A stretch of 64,000 bases of DNA from Rhodospirillaceae bacterium UBA6219 (GTDB taxonomy: Bacteria > Pseudomonadota > Alphaproteobacteria > Rhodospirillales > Magnetospirillaceae), in NCBI GenBank assembly GCA_002435715.1, contig DISD01000050.1:38850-102849 (forward strand), read 5' to 3'. The notes under the pieces were generated by a model that was not told where the DNA came from, made no database searches, and saw only the letters and a list, made by a program, of their open reading frames with translations. Below, piece after piece: positions 46,539 to 56,708 of the stretch. A program made the translations under genes and the position numbers. The stretch's first letter is position 1. The number at the start of each line of letters is the position of its first letter.

Positions 46539-47738
46539 ATGCGTCATCCGCCGCCGTCCGTGGTCCCCTTGGACCGCATCCTGCCCGACGAACCCTTGCT
46601 GATGATGGGCGCCGGCCCGGTGCCGATCCCGGCCAAGGTGGCCCAGGCCAATTCCATCGTCATCAATCACCTGGGCGAAACCATGAACCGGGTGATCGAG
46701 CAGGTCAAAGCCATGGCCCGCTATGTGTTCCAGACCCAGTCCGGGCAGATCCTGGGCGTCGCCGGTCCGGCCTCGGCGGCCATGGAAATGGCAGTGTGCA
46801 ACCTGGTGGAACCGGGCACCAAGGTGCTGGCGGTGTGCAACGGCTATTTCAGCCGCCGTCTGGCCGAAATGGCCGAACGCTGCCAGGCCGACGTGGTGGT
46901 GTTGGAAATCGCCAACGGCGAACCGGCGCGCCCCGACGAGATCGAAGCCGCCATCAAGGCCCACCGCCCGACCTTGCTGACCATCGTCCAGGGCGAGACG
47001 TCCAACACCGTGTGGAACCGCTATCTGCCGGAAATCTGCGCCGTCGCCCGTACTTATGACTGCCTGATGGTGGTGGACGCGGTGTGTACGTTGTCCACCA
47101 TGCGTCTGGACATGGATGAATGGGGCGTCGACGCCCTGATCACCGGTGGCCAAAAGGGGCTGTCGTCCATTCCCGGCGTGTCCCTGTTGGCTTTTTCCGA
47201 CCAAGCCTGGAAGCGCATCGAGGGCCGCAACGCCCCCATGGCGCAATGGACCTTGGACGCCCGTCTGGCCGATCGTTTCTGGAACAAGAATTCGTACCAT
47301 TACACCGCGCCGGTGTCGGGCATCATGGCCATCCACGAAGCCCTGCGCCTGATCTGCGCCGAGACCCTGCCCGCCCGCTTCCACCGCCACGAATTGTGTT
47401 CGTTGGCCCTGCAGGGCGGCATCGAGGCCATGGGCCTGGAATTGCTGGTCAAGCCGGAATGCCGGCTGAATTCGGTCATCGGCATCAAGGTGCCGACCGG
47501 GGTGTCGCCCGACGACGTGCGCCGCCACATGTCCAACGTGCACCGGGTGGAAATCTCGGGGGCTTTCGGCCTGGACATCCTGCGCATCGGCCAGATGGGC
47601 GAGCAATGCCACGCCCACACCATCTTCCGCACCTTGCACGCTTTCGGTTCCAGCCTGAAAGCCCACGGCGCCAAGCTGGACCTGCCGGCCGGCGTCGCCG
47701 AACTGGAACGCATCCTGGCCGAAGGTCAGGTCACCTGA
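46539..47738 (+). CDS. Class V aminotransferase (alanine/serine-glyoxylate aminotransferase-like)
   Basis: 399 aa with class V fold-type I pattern. Probable PLP lysine in ITGGQKGLSS. Confidence 0.85.
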   Translation: MRHPPPSVVPLDRILPDEPLLMMGAGPVPIPAKVAQANSIVINHLGETMNRVIEQVKAMARYVFQTQSGQILGVAGPASAAMEMAVCNLVEPGTKVLAVCNGYFSRRLAEMAERCQADVVVLEIANGEPARPDEIEAAIKAHRPTLLTIVQGETSNTVWNRYLPEICAVARTYDCLMVVDAVCTLSTMRLDMDEWGVDALITGGQKGLSSIPGVSLLAFSDQAWKRIEGRNAPMAQWTLDARLADRFWNKNSYHYTAPVSGIMAIHEALRLICAETLPARFHRHELCSLALQGGIEAMGLELLVKPECRLNSVIGIKVPTGVSPDDVRRHMSNVHRVEISGAFGLDILRIGQMGEQCHAHTIFRTLHAFGSSLKAHGAKLDLPAGVAELERILAEGQVT

Positions 47739-48574
47739 GAAATGATATCGGGGTCTGCCATCAGGTAGACCCCGAAAATCTTTCCATCCCGACAGCCGAA
47801 GCTCAGCACCCAGCGGGCACCGTCTGAATCCGCGCCCACCAGGGCCGGCAGACCGTTGATGACGGCCGGGCGCAGAACGAAATCCGCGGGCAGGAACTTG
47901 CGCCGCACCCCCAACAGGAAGCGGCTGACCTTGTCGGGCCCCAAGATGGGGTTCAGCGCCGCCTTGCCCTTGGCACCGGCATAGCTGACCAGACGACAAT
48001 CGTCACCCAGCAAGGCCACCAGGGTAGCATAGTCGCGTTGTTCGCAGGCGCTGGCGAATCGTTGCACCAAGCTGGCGGTCTGCGCTGCATCCCAGGCGAA
48101 ACGTGGCTGGCCTTTCAGGGCGGCCCGCGCCCGGCTCATGATCTGGCGGCAGGTGGGGATGGTCTTGTCCACAATGGCGGCGATCTCGGCGAAATCCAGA
48201 TCCATCGCCTCGCGCAGCACATAGACGGCGCGTTGTTCGGGGCTCAGGCGTTCCAGCAACAGCAACAGGCCGGTGGACAAATCCGCCTCGCCCGCTTCCA
48301 CCGGGTCGAACCACGGTTCGGGCAACCATTGACGGGACAATTGGCGCTGACGCCTGGCCTTGCGCAGGCGGTCGATGGACAGGCGGGTGACCTGGGTGGT
48401 CAGAAACGCCGCCGCATCGTGCACGCTTCCGTCCTCCACCGCGCACCATTTCAGCCAGGCGTCCTGGACCACGTCGTCGGCGTCGCTGGCACTGCCCAAC
48501 ATGCGGTAAGCCAGCAGCCGCAAACGCGGCCGCTGGTCTAAAAACGGGGTCAGCCGAGGGTCAGCCGTGGTCAT
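47726..48574 (-). CDS. ECF sigma factor with a SnoaL-like C-terminal extension (SigJ/ECF41-like)
   Basis: 282 aa. Region 2 DDVVQDAWLKW, a region 4 HTH, then a C-terminal extension of about 110 aa. No adjacent anti-sigma gene. Confidence 0.85.
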   Translation of the reverse strand: MTTADPRLTPFLDQRPRLRLLAYRMLGSASDADDVVQDAWLKWCAVEDGSVHDAAAFLTTQVTRLSIDRLRKARRQRQLSRQWLPEPWFDPVEAGEADLSTGLLLLLERLSPEQRAVYVLREAMDLDFAEIAAIVDKTIPTCRQIMSRARAALKGQPRFAWDAAQTASLVQRFASACEQRDYATLVALLGDDCRLVSYAGAKGKAALNPILGPDKVSRFLLGVRRKFLPADFVLRPAVINGLPALVGADSDGARWVLSFGCRDGKIFGVYLMADPDIISQVT

Positions 48575-48992
48575 AAGCCGAGATTCCCACCCGGTTCCAG
48601 GCGTTGATCACACCGATGATCATGGTCAGTTCGGCGATGGCCTGATCCGAATAATGACGGCGCAGGTCGGCCAGCAGGGCCGGGACTTTGTCCTCGTGCT
48701 GGGCGGTCAGCGCCTCGGCCCAGGCAAAGGCGGCTTTTTCGTCCGGGGTGAACAGATCGGACTTGGCCCAATCGGCCACCGCGTCCAGACGGTCCTGGCC
48801 GACGCCGTCGCGCCGCCCCCATTCCACGTGCAGGTTCTGGCAGAACAGGCATTTGTTGATCTGCGACACCCGCAAATCCACCAGATGCTTGAACCCGGCC
48901 CCCAAGCTGGATTGCGCCAGGGTTTCAGAGACGGCGTAAAGGCCCTGATAAGCGGGCTTGGCCAGGGAAGAGACGTCGAAACGGATATTCAT
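48561..48992 (-). CDS. Carboxymuconolactone decarboxylase (AhpD-like) family protein
   Basis: 143 aa with the CxxC-containing motif CLFCQNLH. Overlaps the sigma gene by 14 nt. Confidence 0.85.
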   Translation of the reverse strand: MNIRFDVSSLAKPAYQGLYAVSETLAQSSLGAGFKHLVDLRVSQINKCLFCQNLHVEWGRRDGVGQDRLDAVADWAKSDLFTPDEKAAFAWAEALTAQHEDKVPALLADLRRHYSDQAIAELTMIIGVINAWNRVGISAYDHG

Positions 48993-49058
48993 CGGGGCAT
49001 TCCTTTCGGTTCAGAGATACCCCCATGACGCGCGGGCGCCGTCAAACGTGACAGGTCG

Positions 49059-49619
49059 TCAGTCTTTTTTTTCTTCCGGCAGCTGATGGCGCAGGATCAG
49101 CGGACCTTGGGCCAGCATGAAAACCAAGGTGATGATCAGACTGCCCGGCATCTTCCACAACACCCAATGGTCGGTGCTCATCACATGGCGGACGATTTCG
49201 TTGGCCACCGCCATGGCGACGAAGAACAAGGCGACACGTAATGACAGCTTGCGCCAGCCGGCATCGTCCAGGGCGATGGCGTGGCCCAGAACCTTTTTCA
49301 GCGCCAGCTTGCCCATCGCCAGTCCGCCGCCGATCACCAGTACGAACAGGGCATAGATGATGGTCGGCTTCATCTTGATGAAGGTGTCGTCGTGCAGCCA
49401 CAGGGTCAGACCGCCGAACACCAGGACGATCACCGCGGTGACCACCGGCATCAACGGCAACTTACGGGAAATGGCATAGGACAGCCCGACCCCGACGACG
49501 GTGGCGATCATCAGGGCGATGGTGGCCGGCATCAGGCCTTGCGAGAAATAGATAGCGACGAAAATGGCCAAGGGGCCGTATTCGACCGCGGGCTTCAGCC
49601 AAGCCGGTTCCTTACCCAC
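49059..49619 (-). CDS. yciB: Inner-membrane septation protein A family (YciB/IspZ)
   Basis: The proposed GTG start at 49619 gives a protein of about 186 aa with 5 TM segments and the family-typical EYGPLAIFVAIYF. The upstream part of the track ORF has no start-proximal similarity. Confidence 0.78.
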   Translation of the reverse strand: MGKEPAWLKPAVEYGPLAIFVAIYFSQGLMPATIALMIATVVGVGLSYAISRKLPLMPVVTAVIVLVFGGLTLWLHDDTFIKMKPTIIYALFVLVIGGGLAMGKLALKKVLGHAIALDDAGWRKLSLRVALFFVAMAVANEIVRHVMSTDHWVLWKMPGSLIITLVFMLAQGPLILRHQLPEEKKD

Positions 49620-49660
49620 GCTTGATCCTTTCGCGATTTCGGGGCGGTCCTTATAGCCGA

Positions 49661-50731
49661 TCAACGCGGCTGCGTCAGCTTCGCCCGCAAATCCTCGGCA
49701 AAGCTTGCCGCCACAATCGGCATGGCATCGCTGAACGCCACCCCGTCCTTGGGCCGCATCATCCAATCATGCGAGCCGGGCTGGCGCCAAAACACCCAAT
49801 CGTAGTTTCCCTGTTCCGGCACGGCCCAATCGGCGGTGACGACACGCACATTCCTGAACAATCCCGATCGCGACAGGAACGCCCCGGCCCGGCGATCCAG
49901 GAAGCGTTGAAAGGCGTCCATGCCCGGCACGGCGTTCTGCCAGGTGGCGTCGTTTTCAAGCCCCGCCGTGAAGCCCCGGCTGTCACGCGGCAACACCACC
50001 AAGGCGGTGCCAGCCAAGACAGAGGTCGTGGCCACCACCTGTTTCTCGTCTTCGGCCAATTGACGCTCGAAGGCCGCGCGCAAGCCCCGCACGCCGGTAT
50101 ATTCCTTGCCGCGATAGCTGTACAGAACCCCGCCATCCACCATCGTCGCGCTGAGATAGTCCATGTCGCCGGCCAATTCGGTCATCGCCTTCTTGACCGC
50201 TTCGACGAAGGACTGGGCGTTGGGCGCGACCAAAAGACGCAGCATCCGTCCTTGCGAATCCTTCAGCCGCCAGCCGCTTTTCGACCGATACAGCACGAAA
50301 TCACGCCCCTGCGGGGTGGTCTCGCGCAGCAAGGTGGTTTCCACCGCGAAATCAGCGAACAGGCCGGACCGGCGCAAGGCTTCGAGGCGCCATTCATCAA
50401 GACGATGATAGAAACGCCCGACCCCCTGTTCGTTGTCGTCGGCATCCGGCAACACCACCCGCAGGGTTTTGTCCGAAGGTTTTTCCTCGGCGAGGATGGC
50501 GTCAATCTGCGCATTCATCTCGGCCTCGAGGGCGGCGTGCAAGGCCGTTTCGTCGGTGTAGAAGCGGCCCATCCATTGGTAACGATCGACGCCCCCGGGC
50601 CGGTCGTAGCCCAACATGGCGACGTTTCCCACACTGCGCGGTTCGACCACAGGGGCATTCGGTTGCTCGGCGCAGGCCGCCAGGGCTGCGGCCAGGAAAA
50701 GGGCGGCCAGATGCCTGGTGATAGTCGTCAT
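49661..50731 (-). CDS. Lipoprotein of unknown family (paralog A, internally duplicated)
   Basis: 356 aa with lipobox LAACAE. Shares motifs with the upstream gene: ALVVLPRDS, SRSGLFRNV and YDWVFWRQP. Confidence 0.6.
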   Translation of the reverse strand: MTTITRHLAALFLAAALAACAEQPNAPVVEPRSVGNVAMLGYDRPGGVDRYQWMGRFYTDETALHAALEAEMNAQIDAILAEEKPSDKTLRVVLPDADDNEQGVGRFYHRLDEWRLEALRRSGLFADFAVETTLLRETTPQGRDFVLYRSKSGWRLKDSQGRMLRLLVAPNAQSFVEAVKKAMTELAGDMDYLSATMVDGGVLYSYRGKEYTGVRGLRAAFERQLAEDEKQVVATTSVLAGTALVVLPRDSRGFTAGLENDATWQNAVPGMDAFQRFLDRRAGAFLSRSGLFRNVRVVTADWAVPEQGNYDWVFWRQPGSHDWMMRPKDGVAFSDAMPIVAASFAEDLRAKLTQPR

Positions 50732-50746
50732 CGTCTTCCCCCTTTC

Positions 50747-51925
50747 CTAGCGTTCGTAGATCCGGGGAACCAGACCGTCGACCATCGACCCCGCCGGGTC
50801 CTCGGTGGCATCCAGTTCGGGATCGGGGGGCGGGGTCAAAGCCTGGGTCAGGGCGGTGGCAAAGCCCTGGGGCTGGGTGTTCAGCATCAAGGTGCCGAAA
50901 TCGTCATCGCGTGAGCGCGCCGACCACACGGACGCGTTGGGTTCGCGCCACAACACCCAATCATATTCGACGGGGACGGCCCCCACTTCGTCGGCGAAAA
51001 CCGAGGTCACGTCGGCGAACACTTTCGACGCTTGCAGAAAACGCGCGAACCGCTTGTCCAAGGCCAAGCGATAGGCCTTGCGGCCGCTGTCGATCAATCC
51101 GGGATTTTCACCGGGCCGCAACAACGAGATGTCAGGGGCATGTCGCGGCAGGATCAACAAAGCCCGCCCGCCCAAGGGCTTGGTGGTCGGCACCACGTGG
51201 CCGACCAGTTCGGCGTTGACCCGGTCGAAGGCATCCACCAGCGACACCAGATCGGAATATTTCTGGTCGCGGTAGGAAACCATTTCGCCGCCCTTCGGAC
51301 CGGCGACGTTGTGCAGGACGTAAAGATAGGTCGTGTCATTGCGCAACGTGTCCACCGCCCCGGAAACCTTGGCGACGAAGCTGGACAAATCCGCCCCGTT
51401 GCCGATGGCGATCTGGCGGTCCTCGCCATCGCGCAATTTCCAGATGACGGTTTCATAGCGCATCACGAAATCGCCGCCTTTGGCGACGAACTTGCCCGGC
51501 CCGATGTTTTCCACCCGCAACGCGGTGAACAAGCTGCTTTGACGCAAGGCTTCGATCCGGGCTTCGGCCAGACGCAAATTGGCGATTTCCGGCACCGTTG
51601 CGACACTGCGCGGATTGGGACGCAAAATCCGGATGGCGGATTCCACCGACCCCATACGGGGTAAATTGGCCATCTCGGCGGCCACCGCCTTGTCAATGGC
51701 GGCGTTCAATTCGGCGAGGTTGGCATAGGTGTTGCCGTTCCAGCCATAACCGACCAAGGTCTTGTAATTATACTTTTCGCCCACCAGCGAACGGATGTCG
51801 GCGGCGACGTCGTCTTTGGCCGAAGGAGCGGCGGGAACATCCGGGATCAGGTCGTCGATGGCCGATTGGGCGGCGGCGCAACCGCTGACCGCCAAACATG
51901 TCGCCATCACCAACGCCAAACGCAT
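50747..51925 (-). CDS. Lipoprotein of unknown family (paralog B, internally duplicated)
   Basis: ATG at 51925 with lipobox AVSGCAA. Motifs ALLILPRHA, QASKVFADV and YDWVLWREP. Ends 15 nt before paralog A. Confidence 0.6.
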   Translation of the reverse strand: MRLALVMATCLAVSGCAAAQSAIDDLIPDVPAAPSAKDDVAADIRSLVGEKYNYKTLVGYGWNGNTYANLAELNAAIDKAVAAEMANLPRMGSVESAIRILRPNPRSVATVPEIANLRLAEARIEALRQSSLFTALRVENIGPGKFVAKGGDFVMRYETVIWKLRDGEDRQIAIGNGADLSSFVAKVSGAVDTLRNDTTYLYVLHNVAGPKGGEMVSYRDQKYSDLVSLVDAFDRVNAELVGHVVPTTKPLGGRALLILPRHAPDISLLRPGENPGLIDSGRKAYRLALDKRFARFLQASKVFADVTSVFADEVGAVPVEYDWVLWREPNASVWSARSRDDDFGTLMLNTQPQGFATALTQALTPPPDPELDATEDPAGSMVDGLVPRIYER

Positions 51926-52144
51926 ACATGCCCCCAAATCCGCGACCCGATCCCCCGACAGGGATTCCGATCATACACGTGTCGCTGCCATGGGGGCAAT
52001 CGCCCCCCTTGGCCCAATCTGTTGCTTACAAATGACAAAGCCAAAGCCATCACCACCGGCATTAAACCGAAAGGGAGACCAAGCCCCCTGTCCCGGCCGT
52101 GGTTTTCCTGTTAAAGGGCACCCATCCTTTAAGGGACGACCGCG

Positions 52145-53065
52145 ATGAACAGCCTGATCAACACCATCCTGCCCGCCGGACGCGCGGCGGTCGAATTGTC
52201 GTTATTCGTGTTGCTGCCGGTGATGGTGGTGATGCTGTCGATCATGCGGCTTTTGGAAGCCTGGGGGGTGATGGACTGGCTGGTGGCCAAACTGACCCCG
52301 GTGCTGCGCCCCTTCGGCCTGACCGGATTGGGGGTGTTCGCCGCCTTGCAGGTCAGTTTCGTCAGCTATGCCGCGCCGGTGGCGACCTTGGCCATGATGG
52401 AACAACGCGGCACTTCGGACCGCCATCTGGCCGCCACCTTCGCCATGGTGCTGGCCATGGCCCAGGCCAACGCCGTCTTTCCCATGGGAACCATGGGCTT
52501 GCAGGTGGTCCCGGTGATGCTGATCTCGCTGCTGGGCGGCTTGGTGGCGGCCAGCACCGCCTATCACCTGGCCGGCCGATCCTTGTCCACCGCCGAACAA
52601 TTCATCGACGAAACCCTGCGCCACCCGGTGGCGGAAAACGCCAAGGGGGTTCTGGACGTCATCAACCGCGCCGGGGCCGAGGCGCTGAAGATTGCGCTGG
52701 GCACCATTCCCATGCTGGTTCTGGCGCTGACCGCGGTGGCCGCCCTGCGTCAGGGCGGCGCCATCGAAGCCCTGACCCGGGCCCTGCCCTTTTTGGATCC
52801 GGCCTTGATCCTGCCCACCTTCACCAAATACCTGGCCGGCGGCACGGCAATGATGGGGGTGATCGACGAACAGGTGCGCAGTGGCCAAATCACCGCTTCC
52901 CAGGTCAATTCCTGGGCGGGCCTGCTGATCCATCCCCTGGACATTCCCGGCGTTGCGGTGTTGATGGCCGCCGGCCCACGGGTGGCCAAGGTGTGGAAAC
53001 CCGCCGTGTTGGGCACCCTGGCCGGCATCGCCCTGCGCAGCGGGCTGCATTGGGTTCTGGCCTAG
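52145..53065 (+). CDS. Polytopic membrane protein with nucleoside-recognition (Gate/SpmA-SpmB-like) domains
   Basis: 306 aa with about 8 TM segments. The pattern resembles the Gate-domain family; assignment is by overall look only. Confidence 0.6.
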   Translation: MNSLINTILPAGRAAVELSLFVLLPVMVVMLSIMRLLEAWGVMDWLVAKLTPVLRPFGLTGLGVFAALQVSFVSYAAPVATLAMMEQRGTSDRHLAATFAMVLAMAQANAVFPMGTMGLQVVPVMLISLLGGLVAASTAYHLAGRSLSTAEQFIDETLRHPVAENAKGVLDVINRAGAEALKIALGTIPMLVLALTAVAALRQGGAIEALTRALPFLDPALILPTFTKYLAGGTAMMGVIDEQVRSGQITASQVNSWAGLLIHPLDIPGVAVLMAAGPRVAKVWKPAVLGTLAGIALRSGLHWVLA

Positions 53066-53176
53066 GCGTAACCGACGAGGACGGACCGGGATGGGGGGGC
53101 ATACCGGCCGACCTTTGAAGTGATCCGTTTGGGCGGCCGGAAAGCCCGCGCGGCTTTGAGCGTCACCGTCTCGGCG

Positions 53177-53201
53177 TGAACTGATCCAACGGATCAGTTC
53201 A
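53177..53201. terminator. Perfect 11-bp hairpin between convergent genes
   Basis: tgaactgatcc, loop aac, ggatcagttca. Lies between the Gate-domain gene (+) and the hybrid kinase (-). No strong U-run. Confidence 0.4.
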
Positions 53202-53215
53202 TTCGCCGGGCGGTA

Positions 53216-55498
53216 TCAGTGATAACGGGCGGGAATTTTGCAGACCCACTTTTCCAACAACGCAGCCAATTTCCGCCGGTCGATCGGTTTGGAAATATAA
53301 TCGTCCATACCCGCTTCCAGACACAACTCGCGGTCCCCGGTCAACGCATTGGCGGTCACGGCGATGATCGGCGTGCGTGATTTCGGCCCCGGCAAAGATC
53401 GGATGATCCGGGTGGCGCCAATGCCATCCAGATGAGGCATCTGCATGTCCATCAAAATCAGGTCGTAATCCCGGTTTTCCAAACGGGCCACCGCTTCGCC
53501 GCCATCGTCGGCCATATCGGCGCTATGGCCCATTTTGGATAACAAGCCGACAGCGACTTGCTGGTTCACGTGATTGTCCTCGGCCACCAAGATGCGGAGC
53601 GAACGTTTGGCGGTGAATGTGCGATTGTCCCCCGTCGTGAAGTCGTCGTTGGCAGGACGGGCGGCATGGACGGGCATGTTCTCGTCGCTGTCGTTCATCG
53701 CTTTTTGCAGGGCCTCTTGCAAGACCCGCGGCAGGATCGGCTTGATCAGGACGGCGGCCAAATTCAGCGCACGGAAACTTTCCTGGGTCAGCAGGTTTTC
53801 GCCCGACGAAGCCAACACCAAGCGCAAATCCTTCAAGGCCGGATCGGCTCTGAACACGGTGGCCAAATCCAACCCGGTCAAATTCGGCATGTGATGGTCC
53901 ATGACCACCATATCGAATCCGCGCCCCTCGGCTTGGGCGGCGCGCGCCATGGACAAAGCCTGCAGGCCGTCTTCCGCCAGAACGACCTCGCCGCCCCATC
54001 CCCCGATCTGACGGCTGAGAATTTCGCGGTTCACCTCTAAATCGTCCACCACCAAGATCCGCCAGCCATCCAAGAACGGCAAGGTAACCGACGGCGGCAG
54101 ACGCTCGCCCCGTCTCAGACGCAGGACGAACCAAAAGGTGCTGCCCTCGCCTTCGACGCTGTCCACGCCAATAGTCCCGCCCATGCCCTCGATGATCTTG
54201 CGGCAGATGGCCAATCCCAACCCGGTGCCGCCAAAACGGCGCGAGGTCGAGGCGTCGGCCTGGGTGAACAAGGTGAACAAGCGGGAAATGGCGGCCTGAG
54301 AGATGCCGATACCGGTATCGATCACCTCGAACCGCAGGGTTTGGGCATCACCGCAATCTTCCAGCAAGGAAATTTTCAACGTCACCGACCCTTGGGCGGT
54401 GAATTTGACGGCGTTGCCGATCAAATTCAGCAAGACCTGCCGCAACCGACCTCCGTCGCTGACGTAATTGCCGGCCAGTTCCGGAGCGATCATGCACCCC
54501 AATTCGACCCGGCCGCCGCGCACTTTCGGGGCCAGAATCTCGATGACGCCCTCGGCCAGAGCGGCCAGCTCAAATGGGCTTTCCTCAAATTCCAGACGGC
54601 CGGCCTCGATCTTCGAGAAGTCCAAGATGTCGTTGATGATGTTCAGAAGCGCTTCCGCCGAGTTGCGAATGGTGTCGGCATAGCGTTTTTGACTGCTGTC
54701 CAAGGACGTATCCATCAACAGACTGCTCATTCCGATGACGCCGTTCATGGGGGTACGGATTTCATGGCTCATTGTCGCCAAGAAATCGGATTTGGCACGA
54801 TTGGCCGTTTCTGCCTGTTTCAACGCCGCCGTCAGACGAAGCTGCGATTCCGCCATCTGCGCCGCGTCTGATCGCAAGCGCTCGGCCATGCTGTTGAACG
54901 CGTAAATGGTTGTGCCGATTTCATCCCGGGGGCCTTGGTAAACGATCGTGCCGACCTCCCCGCCGGCAATGGCGTTGGCCCCGTCGCGCAACAATTTCAG
55001 TCGTTGGGTCAGATAGCTGCCCAACAGATATGAAAAGCCGGCGACCAAAACGATTTCCAGCAATGCCAAACTGACGAAGACCTGTTTGGCCGAAGCGATC
55101 GCCGCCTCAGATTCTTGCGAATCCAGCCAGATCGTCACCACGCCGAAGGTGATTCCCCCCTCGGCAATGGCTTGTGACGCCGCCACCCCATGGTCATCGG
55201 CTCCTGGCGGAGCGCCGCGCTCGACCAAGACACGATGGTCGTTGGTTTCCAATCGGATGAAGCGCAATCCCGGATTGCTCGTCACCTCGTCGAAAAACGA
55301 CTGCAAGGACGCCAAGTCAACCGCGATGACGGCGTTTTTAATCGTCGAGGCGAACATCCGCGCCGAGGTTTCCGCCCGAGTGACCAAAGCGTCCTGGTTG
55401 GTGCTGCGCAGATAACCCAGCCCGCTCCAAACCAAACTGACAAGCAAGACCGCTTCAATCAATGCGATGCCCAGAATGGTCTTCAGGCGAAAAGACAT
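53216..55498 (-). CDS. Hybrid sensor histidine kinase (TM, sensor, HAMP, HisKA-HATPase, two REC domains)
   Basis: 760 aa. H-box [15 protein letters not shown]1 [16 protein letters not shown]2 [14 protein letters not shown]. Confidence 0.88.
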   Translation of the reverse strand: MSFRLKTILGIALIEAVLLVSLVWSGLGYLRSTNQDALVTRAETSARMFASTIKNAVIAVDLASLQSFFDEVTSNPGLRFIRLETNDHRVLVERGAPPGADDHGVAASQAIAEGGITFGVVTIWLDSQESEAAIASAKQVFVSLALLEIVLVAGFSYLLGSYLTQRLKLLRDGANAIAGGEVGTIVYQGPRDEIGTTIYAFNSMAERLRSDAAQMAESQLRLTAALKQAETANRAKSDFLATMSHEIRTPMNGVIGMSSLLMDTSLDSSQKRYADTIRNSAEALLNIINDILDFSKIEAGRLEFEESPFELAALAEGVIEILAPKVRGGRVELGCMIAPELAGNYVSDGGRLRQVLLNLIGNAVKFTAQGSVTLKISLLEDCGDAQTLRFEVIDTGIGISQAAISRLFTLFTQADASTSRRFGGTGLGLAICRKIIEGMGGTIGVDSVEGEGSTFWFVLRLRRGERLPPSVTLPFLDGWRILVVDDLEVNREILSRQIGGWGGEVVLAEDGLQALSMARAAQAEGRGFDMVVMDHHMPNLTGLDLATVFRADPALKDLRLVLASSGENLLTQESFRALNLAAVLIKPILPRVLQEALQKAMNDSDENMPVHAARPANDDFTTGDNRTFTAKRSLRILVAEDNHVNQQVAVGLLSKMGHSADMADDGGEAVARLENRDYDLILMDMQMPHLDGIGATRIIRSLPGPKSRTPIIAVTANALTGDRELCLEAGMDDYISKPIDRRKLAALLEKWVCKIPARYH

Positions 55499-55505
55499 CA
55501 GCCGG

Positions 55506-56342
55506 TCATTCCCCCTTCGAATCCAAGGTGGTTATGCCCAACTGACGGACATCGTCCCATTCTTCGTCACTCGCGGCGACGATTCCTTTGAAGCCGACGG
55601 CCGCCAACAGCGACCGCCCCGCTTCGTCGGATCCAAGCTGCTCCATCGCCGTCAAGACCCGTTGCAGCGTGCCTTGCGGCACCGACGCAAGCGCCGCTAT
55701 GGCGTGCGGCGTGTATTGCTTGGTCCGCCACAAGATCCGCAACGCATCGCGGGTCTTCGGAGCCGTCTGTTCCAAGGTTCGGACGATACCGCCCCCGGCC
55801 GGATAAAAGTGATCGGCGACCGACAGGTAAACCGAATCGTGCGAACTGACGTATTTAGGGGTGAAGTTGACGCCCTTTTGACGCAAGGCGGCACGCGGCA
55901 GCACACTGGCGGCGAACGCGGCAGGGGAAGGGAACGCCAAGGTCGCGCCATTCAATTCGTCTACCGACTTGATGGGGCTGTCGGCACTGACCACGATAAT
56001 GCCTTCGATATTCCGGTCTTCTTCCTTGGCAAAGGCCCGATAGCCCGTTTTCTCGCTGAAAACGGTGTAATGATAGGGATTCATATAAGCGATGTCGTAC
56101 TCGCCGCGACCAACCCGGTCTTCAAAGGTCGGAATGTCGGGTGCCGTGCGAAATTCCAGTTTCACCCCTGATTTTTGACTGATTTCCGCCAATAAAGGCC
56201 CCCAAGTCGCCGCCAATTTCGACGCCGCCTGTTGCGGGACGATGCCGAATGTCAACGTCTTCTCCGCCGCCTTTGCCGTCGGGGCCTGCGTCACACCACA
56301 AAGAACCGCAAGGATGAACGCCAGCCTCTTTATCGAAAGCAT
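55506..56342 (-). CDS. PhnD-like periplasmic solute-binding protein
   Basis: ATG at 56342 with signal peptide [25 protein letters not shown]. PhnD/SBP-type pattern [10 protein letters not shown]. Ends 7 nt before the hybrid kinase gene. Confidence 0.8.
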   Translation of the reverse strand: MLSIKRLAFILAVLCGVTQAPTAKAAEKTLTFGIVPQQAASKLAATWGPLLAEISQKSGVKLEFRTAPDIPTFEDRVGRGEYDIAYMNPYHYTVFSEKTGYRAFAKEEDRNIEGIIVVSADSPIKSVDELNGATLAFPSPAAFAASVLPRAALRQKGVNFTPKYVSSHDSVYLSVADHFYPAGGGIVRTLEQTAPKTRDALRILWRTKQYTPHAIAALASVPQGTLQRVLTAMEQLGSDEAGRSLLAAVGFKGIVAASDEEWDDVRQLGITTLDSKGE

Positions 56343-56708
56343 GAACACCGGACTTTCCTCCCAACCCTGGCCGTCGACACCGACGCCCGGCCAATATACT
56401 TTCGGCATAATAAATGCCAAAAGCCATAATTTCCACAGTCCATTGTGAATAAGACGACAAGCGGGACGAGAAAACACGATCAGCCCAGGAAAATCGCCGA
56501 AAACGCCAAAGCCCGCGCCCTTGCGGAGCGGGCTTTGGCAACATATTGAGATATCAGGATGAAATTATTCTACTGAATGAATAGAACCATCGACCGTCCC
56601 CTTAACCAAGGGATCGAAGCCCCGCACAAAACCTCACTTTCCGTCCGCGTCCCGCACAGTTTCGTGCCAGTTTTTCACTTTGGCTCCATCGTTTCGTCCC
56701 TGACGTAG

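Noticed and set aside
55505-55530. tRNA T-loop-like string cttcgaatcc
   Set aside because: It has no flanking complementary T-stem, acceptor stem or anticodon arm, and it lies at the 3' end of the SBP coding sequence. I found no convincing tRNA, rRNA or CRISPR array anywhere in the window by eye.
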